Positions 27,915-37,000 of a DNA stretch of 64,000 nucleotides are shown one piece after another (positions within the stretch are counted from its first letter, which is position 1; every line of letters starts with the position of its first letter). Location: NCBI GenBank assembly GCA_963662275.1, contig OY759316.1, positions 1,536,001 to 1,600,000 of the forward strand. Direction: 5' to 3'. This DNA comes from Candidatus Cloacimonadales bacterium (GTDB lineage: Bacteria > Cloacimonadota > Cloacimonadia > Cloacimonadales > DAONDQ01). The notes under the pieces were generated by a model that worked only from the letters and a program-made list of their open reading frames with translations, searched no databases and was not told the DNA's origin. The translations under genes and the position numbers were made by a program.

Positions 27915-28952
27915 ATGAAAACGAAAGTAACAGAAATCTCAGCACAGGAATTTTTAGCGAGTTTTAATCCAAATGTTACTCCTGCACCGATCTACTCTCT
28001 TATCGGCAGTGACATGTTCTATATGGGGAAAGTACTTCAACTGCTCATTTCGAATTTTGTTGCAGCGAATAGCCGTGACTTTGATTTCATCCAATATTAC
28101 GGAGATGAGATTAAGAACGATTCCTATCTGGAACAACTGGATATGCTTCCATTCATAGCAAACAGACGAGTTGTTATTCTTCGTGATATTGATACAATTC
28201 GGGCTGAATACCTTGTAAAATTGCCTGCTTATTTAAAGAATCCCTCTCCTGAAGTCATCCTCATACTGACTGCTGAAAAGATTGATTTACGAACGACCTT
28301 GGGTAAGGAAATCGATCTAAATTCTATGCGGATCATCTGCAAAGAACCACGTTATGATAGTGATATAGAAAAATGGTTAAATGCAGAACTGGGAAAACGA
28401 AATATCAAAATGGAGACATCAGCAAAGGTGTTTTTCAAAGATACTGTACAAATGGATTATTGTGCGGCTATGAATGAATTTGAGAAGATCGTTCTTTTTA
28501 CAAATGGTGCTAAGAATGGTATTAAACTGCAGGATGTGAGAAGCGCTTTAGGTGTAGCACGGAGCAATACAATATATGAATTACAGGATTCATTAGGTGC
28601 CAGGAATTGCGTGGAAGCTCTAACTATGCTGGAAAACATGCTGCAAAACGATGCGGAACCGATCTATATCATTTATATGCTGACAAGTTATTATCAGCAG
28701 CTATGGAAGATTTTGCTTCATATGCGTAATATGAGTCCCTCAGAAATTAAGCAAAGATATATGAACGATATCAACTTCTATTTTCGGGATAAAATGCTGC
28801 TGAATGCTCGTAATTATACTATTCCTCAAATCAGGAAGATTTTTGATTTGCTGCTGCAGGCTGATACAGATCTGAAATCTATTTCGGTTTCGAAGAATGT
28901 GATCATGGATCTTTTGTTCTATAAAATATGTCGCCCAGACACCAGGAGGTAA
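27915..28952 (+). CDS. holA: DNA polymerase III delta subunit
   Basis: 'LPF...RRVVI', 'NE.EK..LF', 'L..AD..LKS'. Confidence 0.88.
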   Translation: MKTKVTEISAQEFLASFNPNVTPAPIYSLIGSDMFYMGKVLQLLISNFVAANSRDFDFIQYYGDEIKNDSYLEQLDMLPFIANRRVVILRDIDTIRAEYLVKLPAYLKNPSPEVILILTAEKIDLRTTLGKEIDLNSMRIICKEPRYDSDIEKWLNAELGKRNIKMETSAKVFFKDTVQMDYCAAMNEFEKIVLFTNGAKNGIKLQDVRSALGVARSNTIYELQDSLGARNCVEALTMLENMLQNDAEPIYIIYMLTSYYQQLWKILLHMRNMSPSEIKQRYMNDINFYFRDKMLLNARNYTIPQIRKIFDLLLQADTDLKSISVSKNVIMDLLFYKICRPDTRR

Positions 28953-28953
28953 G

Positions 28954-30444
28954 ATGAGTTGGCAGGAACGTTCTTGTGGTATTTTGTTACATCCGACTTC
29001 ATTACCATCCCAGTATGGTATTGGAGACTTGGGTCCGCAAGCATATCAATTTGTGGATTTACTTGTTGAAGCAAAACAGAAATGCTGGCAGATACTGCCC
29101 TTGAATTATCCGGGTGCGGGTAATTCACCATATAGTCCCTTATCAGCGTTTGCTGGTAACCCTTGGCTTATCAGTCCTGATCTTCTCAAAGAAATAGGTT
29201 TGGTTACCCAGGAAGAGCTTCAAAATCTAAGGGAAGAAGTTTCATCTCATATCGTTTATGAGAATGTGGAAAAGAATAAACAGCAATTATTGAATCTAGC
29301 TTGTTCCAGGTTAAGTGAAAGCGATATGCTAAAAGATGAAATTGAACAATTCAAAGAGCATAATGCTTATTGGTTAACTCCTTTTTTGCATTACCTTTTG
29401 ACCAGGCAAAGAAGTTCTATAACTGCCTGGAATAAATGGACAGGTGAAGAAGTCGATAAAAATTCTGAGTCATACAAAACGGCTTTTGAAACGGAAATGC
29501 TGATTCAATTTCTCTTTCAGTATCAATGGCAAAATCTCAAGAATTATGCCAATCAGAAAGGTATCAGGATTATTGGAGATTTACCCATCTATGTTTCTTT
29601 TGATTGTGCTGATGTATACAACAACAGGCATTTATTCCAGATGGATGAAAATGGTATATCATCTTTTGTTGCAGGCGTACCACCGGATATCTTTACCGAA
29701 GATGGTCAGCTCTGGGGGAATCCTCTCTATAATTGGGAAACCCTAAAGAATGACAATTATAGCTGGTGGTTTCAAAGGATTCGACATCTTTTTGAACAAG
29801 TCGATATTCTGCGTATCGATCATTTCATAGGCTTTATCCGCTATTGGGCGGTTCCTGTTGGTGAAACAACGGCTCGTAATGGCTCATGGAGAGAAGGTCC
29901 GGTAGAAGATTTCTTCACTACTTTACGCGCACAATTGGGAGAGCTGCCAATCATTGCTGAAGACCTTGGTGTTGTAACTCCAAGAGTTACGGAAGTGAAA
30001 GATAAATTCGGATTTCCAGGTATGATCATATTACAGTTTTCTTTTGGTGAAAAATCAGATTCTCCTGAAAAATATCCGGTAAACAGCGTTGTCTATACCG
30101 GGACACATGATAATGTGCCCGTCCTGGGTTGGTATCGCGATGCCCTGGTTAAACATCCTAATGATTTGCAGCGGATGAATGAATATTTAGCAAAATCAGG
30201 CTTGCGGTTTAAATATGAAATTCGTGAAGATAATGTTGGTTACGATTTTATGGAAATGGCTTATGCTGCTCCCAACTTCCTCACGATTCTGCCTATGCAG
30301 GATGTGCTTGGACTTGGGGATGAAGCGATCATGAATATACCCGGAACAGCACATGGAAATTGGGAATGGCGCATGACTAACTTAGCTGATTTTGCATCTA
30401 AAATTCCCATGTTAAATGAATTAGTTGGAAAATATCACCGGTAG
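28954..30444 (+). CDS. malQ: 4-alpha-glucanotransferase (GH77)
   Basis: 'GILLHPTSLP..YGIGDLG', 'GVPPD.F...GQLWGNP', 'RIDHF', 'IAEDLG', 'YTGTHDN'. Confidence 0.97.
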   Translation: MSWQERSCGILLHPTSLPSQYGIGDLGPQAYQFVDLLVEAKQKCWQILPLNYPGAGNSPYSPLSAFAGNPWLISPDLLKEIGLVTQEELQNLREEVSSHIVYENVEKNKQQLLNLACSRLSESDMLKDEIEQFKEHNAYWLTPFLHYLLTRQRSSITAWNKWTGEEVDKNSESYKTAFETEMLIQFLFQYQWQNLKNYANQKGIRIIGDLPIYVSFDCADVYNNRHLFQMDENGISSFVAGVPPDIFTEDGQLWGNPLYNWETLKNDNYSWWFQRIRHLFEQVDILRIDHFIGFIRYWAVPVGETTARNGSWREGPVEDFFTTLRAQLGELPIIAEDLGVVTPRVTEVKDKFGFPGMIILQFSFGEKSDSPEKYPVNSVVYTGTHDNVPVLGWYRDALVKHPNDLQRMNEYLAKSGLRFKYEIREDNVGYDFMEMAYAAPNFLTILPMQDVLGLGDEAIMNIPGTAHGNWEWRMTNLADFASKIPMLNELVGKYHR

Positions 30445-30479
30445 ACTATCTTGTATGTAATATATAAGTTGGAGAATTA

Positions 30480-31091
30480 ATGAAAATACTCATTGTTTTT
30501 TACTCATTCTATGGACATACATACAAAATGGCTAAAGCGGAAGCGGAAGGAGCTACTGAAGTTAATGGTGTGGAAGTGATTATGCGTCGTGTTCCTGAAA
30601 TCCTATCCGATGAAATTCTTAAGAAAGCCGGTGCAGCAACAGCTCAGAAGGTATTTGCACATATTCCGATTTGTACTCTGGATGATTTAGAACAGGCAGA
30701 TGCTGTAATTTTTGGTACACCAACCCGCTTTGGAAATATGGTTGGTCAGATGAGGATGTTCTTGGACTCTACGGGATCACTTTGGGCTAAGGGAGCGTTG
30801 GTCGGTAAAATCGGCAGTGTTTTCACCAGCTCAGCGACACAGCATGGGGGACAGGAGTCAACCATTCTTTCCTTTCATTTGACTCTTCTGCATCAAGGAA
30901 TGCTGATAGCTGGTTTACCTTATACATTTGAAGGTCAATCAAGATTGGATGAGATTACAGGTTGCTCGCCATACGGAGCATCAACGATTGCAGGTAATAA
31001 AACGAATCGCGATCCTTCTGAAAATGAATTAGCTGGAGCACGTTTCCAGGGAAAGTATATAGCCCAGTTGACAAAGAAATTACGAGGATAG
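30480..31091 (+). CDS. wrbA: NAD(P)H:quinone oxidoreductase
   Basis: 'YSFYGH', 'GTPTRFGNM', 'ATQHGGQE', 'SPYGA'. Confidence 0.96.
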   Translation: MKILIVFYSFYGHTYKMAKAEAEGATEVNGVEVIMRRVPEILSDEILKKAGAATAQKVFAHIPICTLDDLEQADAVIFGTPTRFGNMVGQMRMFLDSTGSLWAKGALVGKIGSVFTSSATQHGGQESTILSFHLTLLHQGMLIAGLPYTFEGQSRLDEITGCSPYGASTIAGNKTNRDPSENELAGARFQGKYIAQLTKKLRG

Positions 31092-31100
31092 GGATGAAGA

Positions 31101-31228
31101 AGGTGCTAGGTGTTAGGTGCTAGGTGTTAGGTGTTAGGTGTTAGGTGTTAGGTGTTAGGTGTTAGGTGTTAGGTGTTAGGTGTTAGGTGTTAGGTGTTAG
31201 GTGCTAGGTGTTAGGTGTTAGGTGCTAG
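31101..31228. repeat. 7-bp tandem array AGGTG(T/C)T x18
   Basis: Counted directly; lies between the convergent wrbA and UDG genes. Confidence 0.97.
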
Positions 31229-31344
31229 ATCCAGAGAAGAGAAGAACAGAGAGGGATAAGAGAGTGAATTCTCCGAGTGATTTGATTAACCAAATCGTAT
31301 CGAGGAGACTACTAAAAATAGAATGTATTAGATATAGGGAAAGA

Positions 31345-31995
31345 TTAATTCAATGATGGTTCGTCTTTGACAAGATCATAGGCGATTTTCAGCTTTTTTA
31401 AATCTTCCCAGGCGAATTTTTTCCACTCAGGATTCCTTAATAAAGCGGAAGGATGATACGTTACAAAAGTTGGGATTTTTTGGAATTCACGAATTTCAGA
31501 TCGGAACTGTGCTAAGGTCAGTTCTTGTTTTAAAAGAGTGGTGGCAGCTACTTTGCCAAGGATTAATAGAAGTCGAGGTCTGATCACAGACATCTGTTCC
31601 ATTAAAAAGGGATAACATGCTTCACTTTCTTCTTTAAGAGGATCTCTGTTGTTGGGCGGACGACATTTTACAATGTTGCATATATAAACTTCAGATCGTT
31701 TGATCTGAATCGCTTCCAGCATTCGATTGAGCAATTCACCGGCTGGTCCTACAAATGGTCTGCCTAGTAGATTCTCCTGCTCGCCTGGTCCTTCACCAAT
31801 GATCATAAGTTTTGAATGAGGGTCTCCTTCACCATAGACCAAATGCAGTCTTCCTGCTGAAAGACCGCAACGTGTACAATTTTCATATTGTGCTTCCAAT
31901 TCTGTTAGTAATCGGGTTGGAGAATTGCGATAGATTTCATCAACTCCCGATAACTGGAGCATTTCAATAAATTGCTGAAGGGATTTTGTATCCAT
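31345..31995 (-). CDS. udg: uracil-DNA glycosylase family 4
   Basis: 'C.RC.L', 'IGEGPG..E...GRPFVG.AG', 'KCRPP.NR', 'TYHPSALLR'. Confidence 0.95.
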   Translation of the reverse strand: MDTKSLQQFIEMLQLSGVDEIYRNSPTRLLTELEAQYENCTRCGLSAGRLHLVYGEGDPHSKLMIIGEGPGEQENLLGRPFVGPAGELLNRMLEAIQIKRSEVYICNIVKCRPPNNRDPLKEESEACYPFLMEQMSVIRPRLLLILGKVAATTLLKQELTLAQFRSEIREFQKIPTFVTYHPSALLRNPEWKKFAWEDLKKLKIAYDLVKDEPSLN

Positions 31996-32023
31996 TGTTT
32001 ACCTTACGTATGAATGATTTTAA

Positions 32024-32374
32024 TTAATCCTCATCCAAATCATCATCATCTTCATCTGCATATGAATCTAAAATAATATCATCTTCATCAGGAATGATTA
32101 ATTCTTCCTCGAAAATCTCATCTTCATCATCATCATCAAAACGTGCTGCTGGTTTCTCTAATGCCACTTCTTCTTCAAATTGTTCTACGATATAATCCGG
32201 AATCAGATTTGTTGCAACATGGTCCATTGCCACTTCAGTGATTTTTTTATCAAAATTCTGCTTCACGATAGATGGCAGGTTATTCAGTCTTTGTACTTCT
32301 AAATCAGCTAGGAGGCAGAAGAGAAAATGCATGTTGTTATTTTCTAGAAATTCTTCTACTTTTGGTTTATTCAT
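32024..32374 (-). CDS. hypothetical protein with acidic tail
   Basis: Coupled to the gmk stop; GGAGG RBS. Confidence 0.75.
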   Translation of the reverse strand: MNKPKVEEFLENNNMHFLFCLLADLEVQRLNNLPSIVKQNFDKKITEVAMDHVATNLIPDYIVEQFEEEVALEKPAARFDDDDEDEIFEEELIIPDEDDIILDSYADEDDDDLDED

Positions 32375-33000
32375 TTGACCTCCAGATCAAAAAACGTTTG
32401 TTCGATGTTACTATAACGCTTTGTTCTCAGTGTTTCAGCCATTACAATCTGTTTTACTTCTTCAACAGCGATATTAATATCTTCATTAATAACTAAATAA
32501 TCATAATGCTCTAAGCAGGCAATCTCTTTTTTTGCAGTTTGCAATCTTTTTTCAATTACTGCAGGAATATCCGTATTCCGAGCGACTAATCTTTGCTCCA
32601 AAATCGATAATGATGGAGGGAGAATAAATATCTTTACAATATCAAAAGAAGTTTCACTGATCTGAATCGCACCTTGTACATCAATGTCCATGATCACATG
32701 ATGCCCATTGTTAATCGAAGATTGTATAAATGCTTTCGAAGTTCCATACCAGTGACCAAAAACATTTGCATATTCCAGAAAGTCCCCTTGTTTGATCTTT
32801 GTCTGAAACTGCTGAACAGTTACAAAGAAATATGCCTGACCATTAATTTCATTACCCCTGGGGGGACGTGTCGTATAAGAAATGGAATAATCTACATTGG
32901 GGCTGGATGATAGTACTTCTCGTAAAATAGTAGACTTTCCACCTCCAGAAGGAGCTGAAAGAATGATCAGAAAGGGTTTGCTGCAATATTCTTTTTTCAT
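32371..33000 (-). CDS. gmk: guanylate kinase
   Basis: 'SAPSGGGKST', 'SYTTRPPR..E', 'YGT', 'DIDVQGA'. Confidence 0.97.
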   Translation of the reverse strand: MKKEYCSKPFLIILSAPSGGGKSTILREVLSSSPNVDYSISYTTRPPRGNEINGQAYFFVTVQQFQTKIKQGDFLEYANVFGHWYGTSKAFIQSSINNGHHVIMDIDVQGAIQISETSFDIVKIFILPPSLSILEQRLVARNTDIPAVIEKRLQTAKKEIACLEHYDYLVINEDINIAVEEVKQIVMAETLRTKRYSNIEQTFFDLEVK

Positions 33001-33051
33001 AAATTAACAGAAAGAGGTTCTTCTTGGAGAAGAACCTCGGTAAAATCTGAT

Positions 33052-33432
33052 TTATGCTTCAACAATGTCTTTATATTCAGTTGCTGATAATAGGTTTTCG
33101 ATTTCTTCAGGGGATGTGAGTTTGACTTTGATAAACCATCCGTCTTCGAAAGCTGATTTATTTACCAGTTCAGGGCTTTCTTCTAATTCACTGTTGATCA
33201 TGATCACTTCGCCACTGACAGGAGCAATGATATCTTCCACTGCTTTTACGGCTTCCACAGAACCAAAAGCTTCACCGGCTGCGATAGTATCGCCGATTTC
33301 AGGGAGTTCAACATAAACTATATCACCTAATTCATGTTGAGCAAAATCTGTGATACCTATATAAGCTGTGTCCTTATCCACTTTCACCCATTCATGTGAT
33401 TCGGTATAGTATAAATCGTCCATTATCTTCAT
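33052..33432 (-). CDS. gcvH: glycine cleavage system H protein
   Basis: 'YTESHEWV', 'GITDFAQ.ELGDIVYVELP', lipoyl Lys motif 'VEAVKA'. Confidence 0.96.
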   Translation of the reverse strand: MKIMDDLYYTESHEWVKVDKDTAYIGITDFAQHELGDIVYVELPEIGDTIAAGEAFGSVEAVKAVEDIIAPVSGEVIMINSELEESPELVNKSAFEDGWFIKVKLTSPEEIENLLSATEYKDIVEA

Positions 33433-33588
33433 TTTGCCTCCTGATTCATGCAATTTTAAACAATGCGAAATTTATCCCCTGATGTGTCAAGCATTTCGTG
33501 AAATTAACATTAACTCCCTCCCTTACAAATGGGATGCATGCAGAACAGTCAGCAAGATCAGCGTCTTGCTTTACGACATCTGCAATTT

Positions 33589-34206
33589 TTAATTTTTAAT
33601 TAATTGAAATCCAACCCCTTCTGCATCATTCATCTGAATATAATCAGTGCATATCTGAATATGTGCTTTGAAAAATGCAGCAAGATCAGTGTCATGAACT
33701 CTTATCAGTCTGTATGCTCGTTGCAGGGATTTCTTCACACACCTTTGCAGCTTCGTCTGGTCAGAGCTGAACACTCTGAGTATCTGTCTTTTAGGAAATG
33801 CATGTTTGAGATAGGCTATTAATTGAGATAATTCATCTTCCAATAGTTCAACTCTGCCATAATCACAGTTTTCCTTCAATACAGCGATCTTATCTCTTAC
33901 TTGCAGTATTGCTTTTCCGACATCAGCTATTGTCTCAAAATCTGCGACAGGCATTTCCTGGTACCAATCACTTTCATGCATTCCATATTTAAGCAATTCG
34001 AATTTATATTGTCCTTGAAATTCAGGCAGTGGTTTTACAAATAGACCTCTTGATATGAGTTTCGAATAGAGGATTTCTTTGTTTGTGTTTTTTAGCAATT
34101 CTGCTAAATAGAACATACCGTTGTGATTGGGAATTGTGTAAGACAAACCTTTGCTTGATGTAATTTGCCATTGATTTCCTGTCAGTTTCCATGTGTATTG
34201 GATCAT
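33589..34206 (-). CDS. stand-alone putative DNA-binding/regulatory domain protein
   Basis: 'W.I...G....G..YLA.LL....EI', 'D.GR.E.L..E..QL..YL', 'V.KSL.RA...I...D..LA.F...I'; resembles C-terminal domains of large ATPase regulators. Confidence 0.55.
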   Translation of the reverse strand: MIQYTWKLTGNQWQITSSKGLSYTIPNHNGMFYLAELLKNTNKEILYSKLISRGLFVKPLPEFQGQYKFELLKYGMHESDWYQEMPVADFETIADVGKAILQVRDKIAVLKENCDYGRVELLEDELSQLIAYLKHAFPKRQILRVFSSDQTKLQRCVKKSLQRAYRLIRVHDTDLAAFFKAHIQICTDYIQMNDAEGVGFQLIKN

Positions 34207-34938
34207 CTTTACCCTCCATTATTTACAGTATTACGATACTGTAGTTGATGATGCAATTGCATGGCATGCTCCACAAAATGCCATACATCGGGGGGTAAAG
34301 ATAATAAGTACTAGGTATTAGGTTCTAGGTTCTAGGTAACAGGTTCTGAAAAACTTTGGATTATTGTCCATTTATTTTTATAAGCCAATTATCATTAACA
34401 GTCAACCTCGACCTGGTCGGGAATCCAGTATTCTTCTGCAGCATTCGATCGCTTCAGATGAAGAAATGATAGCAGTAGGGGCTTGCGGAAGTACGCCCGT
34501 CTTTTCAGGAGGGTTTGATTCTTCTCTTCTCTTCTCTGCTCTGAACCTGTCACCTGTTCACTGTCCGCTGTAACCTTCTGCAAATAAATATCAGGGCAGT
34601 CTTTCGACCGCCCTGGTTATGATGATTGCTCTATGTGGTACATGATTCCCATCCCTTCTTTTCCGAGCAAGGCTTTACTGGCTTTCATGTTTACTCTATC
34701 CGACAATGGCAACCAATGGTTATTTTCTTCGTGGAGTAAGATGCCGATCTTACTATCTTCTGTACCACCTTCTTCGTGGAGTAAGACGCCGATCTTGCTG
34801 GTCTGCATCTCTTCTAAACGCACGGGGTGCGTTATGCCACCTCACGGGGTGAAGCGTTCCGCTCTGGGCTATTCCCTATTTGCTATTCCCTTCTGCTTCT
34901 CTTCGCTGTCCGCTGTACCCTGTATGCTGTCAGCTTCT

Positions 34939-35397
34939 TCACGCTATCAGCGCCGTGAGCGTTTCGTACCCTGCAACTCGTGGCAGATATCCGGCATCGA
35001 CGGCATCTTTCACGGATTTGCAGGCGATGTTCTTGTCGATGATATCTTCCGCTGTGACAACTGCGAGATCGTTTTCTGTTGGGTTGACTTTGTGCCATGC
35101 CCAGAGCATCTTGATGAAGAGTGCCTTGGAACAGGGAGGCAACTGCTTGTCTTTCTGGACCTTTGCCCTGTACTTTCTGCTGTATGTCTTCAGGTCAGCG
35201 ATGTAGGCTGCCTGTGCAGAATTGTACACGGCGGACAAGTTCAGATTGATCGTACGCATGAGCAGCGTGTTGGCTGTGGGAGTTGGGGCTACGAACTTAT
35301 GTGCCAGGCACATTTGTCCGCCGTTGTACATTCCGTACACCAGACCGTCCAACTTTCCCGAGTAGCCTCTGTGTGAGTGTGTGAATTTGGGTTTCAT
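34939..35397 (-). CDS. hypothetical protein, 152 aa (paralogue of 48640-49098)
   Basis: GAGG RBS; clear similarity to the 49 kb copy. Confidence 0.85.
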   Translation of the reverse strand: MKPKFTHSHRGYSGKLDGLVYGMYNGGQMCLAHKFVAPTPTANTLLMRTINLNLSAVYNSAQAAYIADLKTYSRKYRAKVQKDKQLPPCSKALFIKMLWAWHKVNPTENDLAVVTAEDIIDKNIACKSVKDAVDAGYLPRVAGYETLTALIA

Positions 35398-36071
35398 TTT
35401 TCTTTACCTCTTTTCATTTATTCCTGGAGGTTTTTGTTTTGCATCAGGTTTGGTTCTTTCTGCTCTGTTCTTTGTCTTCGACCTGGAACCTAGCACCTAG
35501 AACCTAAAACCTTCTGCAAGCCTCTCACATATATATAGCCGGACAAATCTCCAATACGTGGGACAAATACTAAATTATTTTTAAAAATCGTAACATAAAT
35601 TGATAATTTGTTGTATGAGGTGATTGGTAATCATCGATCATATCTGCTCTACGACTTCTTTCTCTGCCAATTTTCAATCTTAACTCTACAATCTTAATTT
35701 ATGCAAGCTCTGTAACTGCTTTTTCTGCTCTCCCAATTCTTAATTTATCATTTCTCGCACTGAGCATCGTCGAAGTGTTAATTTTTAATTGAAAAGCGCT
35801 AGCTTTTCAGTCCCCTCATATATATCAGAGGTATGAAAATGCCATTTTAGGGTACGAGGATGAAAATTATTTTATATTTTGTAATATAAATTTGTAATCT
35901 GTTGTGTGAGGTGATTGGAAATCTCCGATCTGTTCTGCCTTTCGCCTGCCTTCTCTGTTATATCTACAATCTAAAAAAACTAAGTATATTCGAAATTGTT
36001 ATTGGAGAGTTTCTGATTTTGAAGAATTGGGGAAATTAATTTATAGCACTCGTATAAAGATTCCTTTTTCA

Positions 36072-36908
36072 TTAACTACCCTTTTTATCTTTTTCAGGTT
36101 TCTTTTTACGATTACCAATACCAGTAACAAGAATCGGCTTCCAAGCTTTAACATCATTATAAAGTAACTCTAATTCTTCTTCCGTTAGGTAATGTCCGGT
36201 TTGGTAAAAAATTGTATAAAATAATTCCCATTCTGCACTTCCGTTATATCCTTCGATGTCCTCGTATAAACCTTGAATAGCGGTCTTAATCTCATTTTCG
36301 GTATCAGCAAATTTAATTTCAAATGCAGTATGCAAACTTTTAATTCCAGCATCAGGTTGAAAATTTATAGCTCTATGTGTTATTTTAAAATCAGTAACTA
36401 CATCTGGGAATACTAATTTGAGGATTCTTACAAATGGCGTTTTTATATCATTTTCGTTAGTTGGGTGGATTTCATTATCTGAAAACCACCTAGGTAGTCC
36501 TTTAATGATTCGTATTATTATCTCCTCCTCAAGTGTTGATTTATTACCAAACAATACTTTAAGTTGTTGATAATATCCCCATAAACAATCCAGTGAGTCG
36601 CATTTTTCGAAATCATGTTCGTTATCGTATTCATGATTTGTTAGAACATGTTCATATTTCGAAAAATCACTATTAAGATCGTCTAAAACTCGATGCATTT
36701 TCTGTGCGTCTAATATTATTATTAAACTTTTATAAATTTTCTTGATGTTGTATTCTAATCTATTTGTGTCTTCTTGCTCAGCAAGAGTCCATTCAAATCT
36801 ATCGCTACTATAGCCATAATTATGCAAATCATATAATATATCACGAGCTTGATCAAAATATGTTTGTATTTGGGAATTTAACTCTCTTATATTAAATGTA
36901 TTACTCAT
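36072..36908 (-). CDS. putative PD-(D/E)XK nuclease-domain protein
   Basis: 'NE.DI', 'PD......AFEIKF', 'EDI.GY'; directly downstream of DUF499. Confidence 0.7.
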   Translation of the reverse strand: MSNTFNIRELNSQIQTYFDQARDILYDLHNYGYSSDRFEWTLAEQEDTNRLEYNIKKIYKSLIIILDAQKMHRVLDDLNSDFSKYEHVLTNHEYDNEHDFEKCDSLDCLWGYYQQLKVLFGNKSTLEEEIIIRIIKGLPRWFSDNEIHPTNENDIKTPFVRILKLVFPDVVTDFKITHRAINFQPDAGIKSLHTAFEIKFADTENEIKTAIQGLYEDIEGYNGSAEWELFYTIFYQTGHYLTEEELELLYNDVKAWKPILVTGIGNRKKKPEKDKKGS

Positions 36909-37000
36909 ACCCCTTCACCTTCTTCACAATCTGTCCTCTCACATCCAAATCTTCAACGAGATTCTTGCTACATTAAATTTTACCATAATTCCGAATAATC

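Noticed and set aside
34633..35376. 247-aa plus-strand ORF (and 34880-35206)
   Set aside because: Antisense shadow of the 152-aa gene plus REP-derived sequence; no RBS or recognisable motif.
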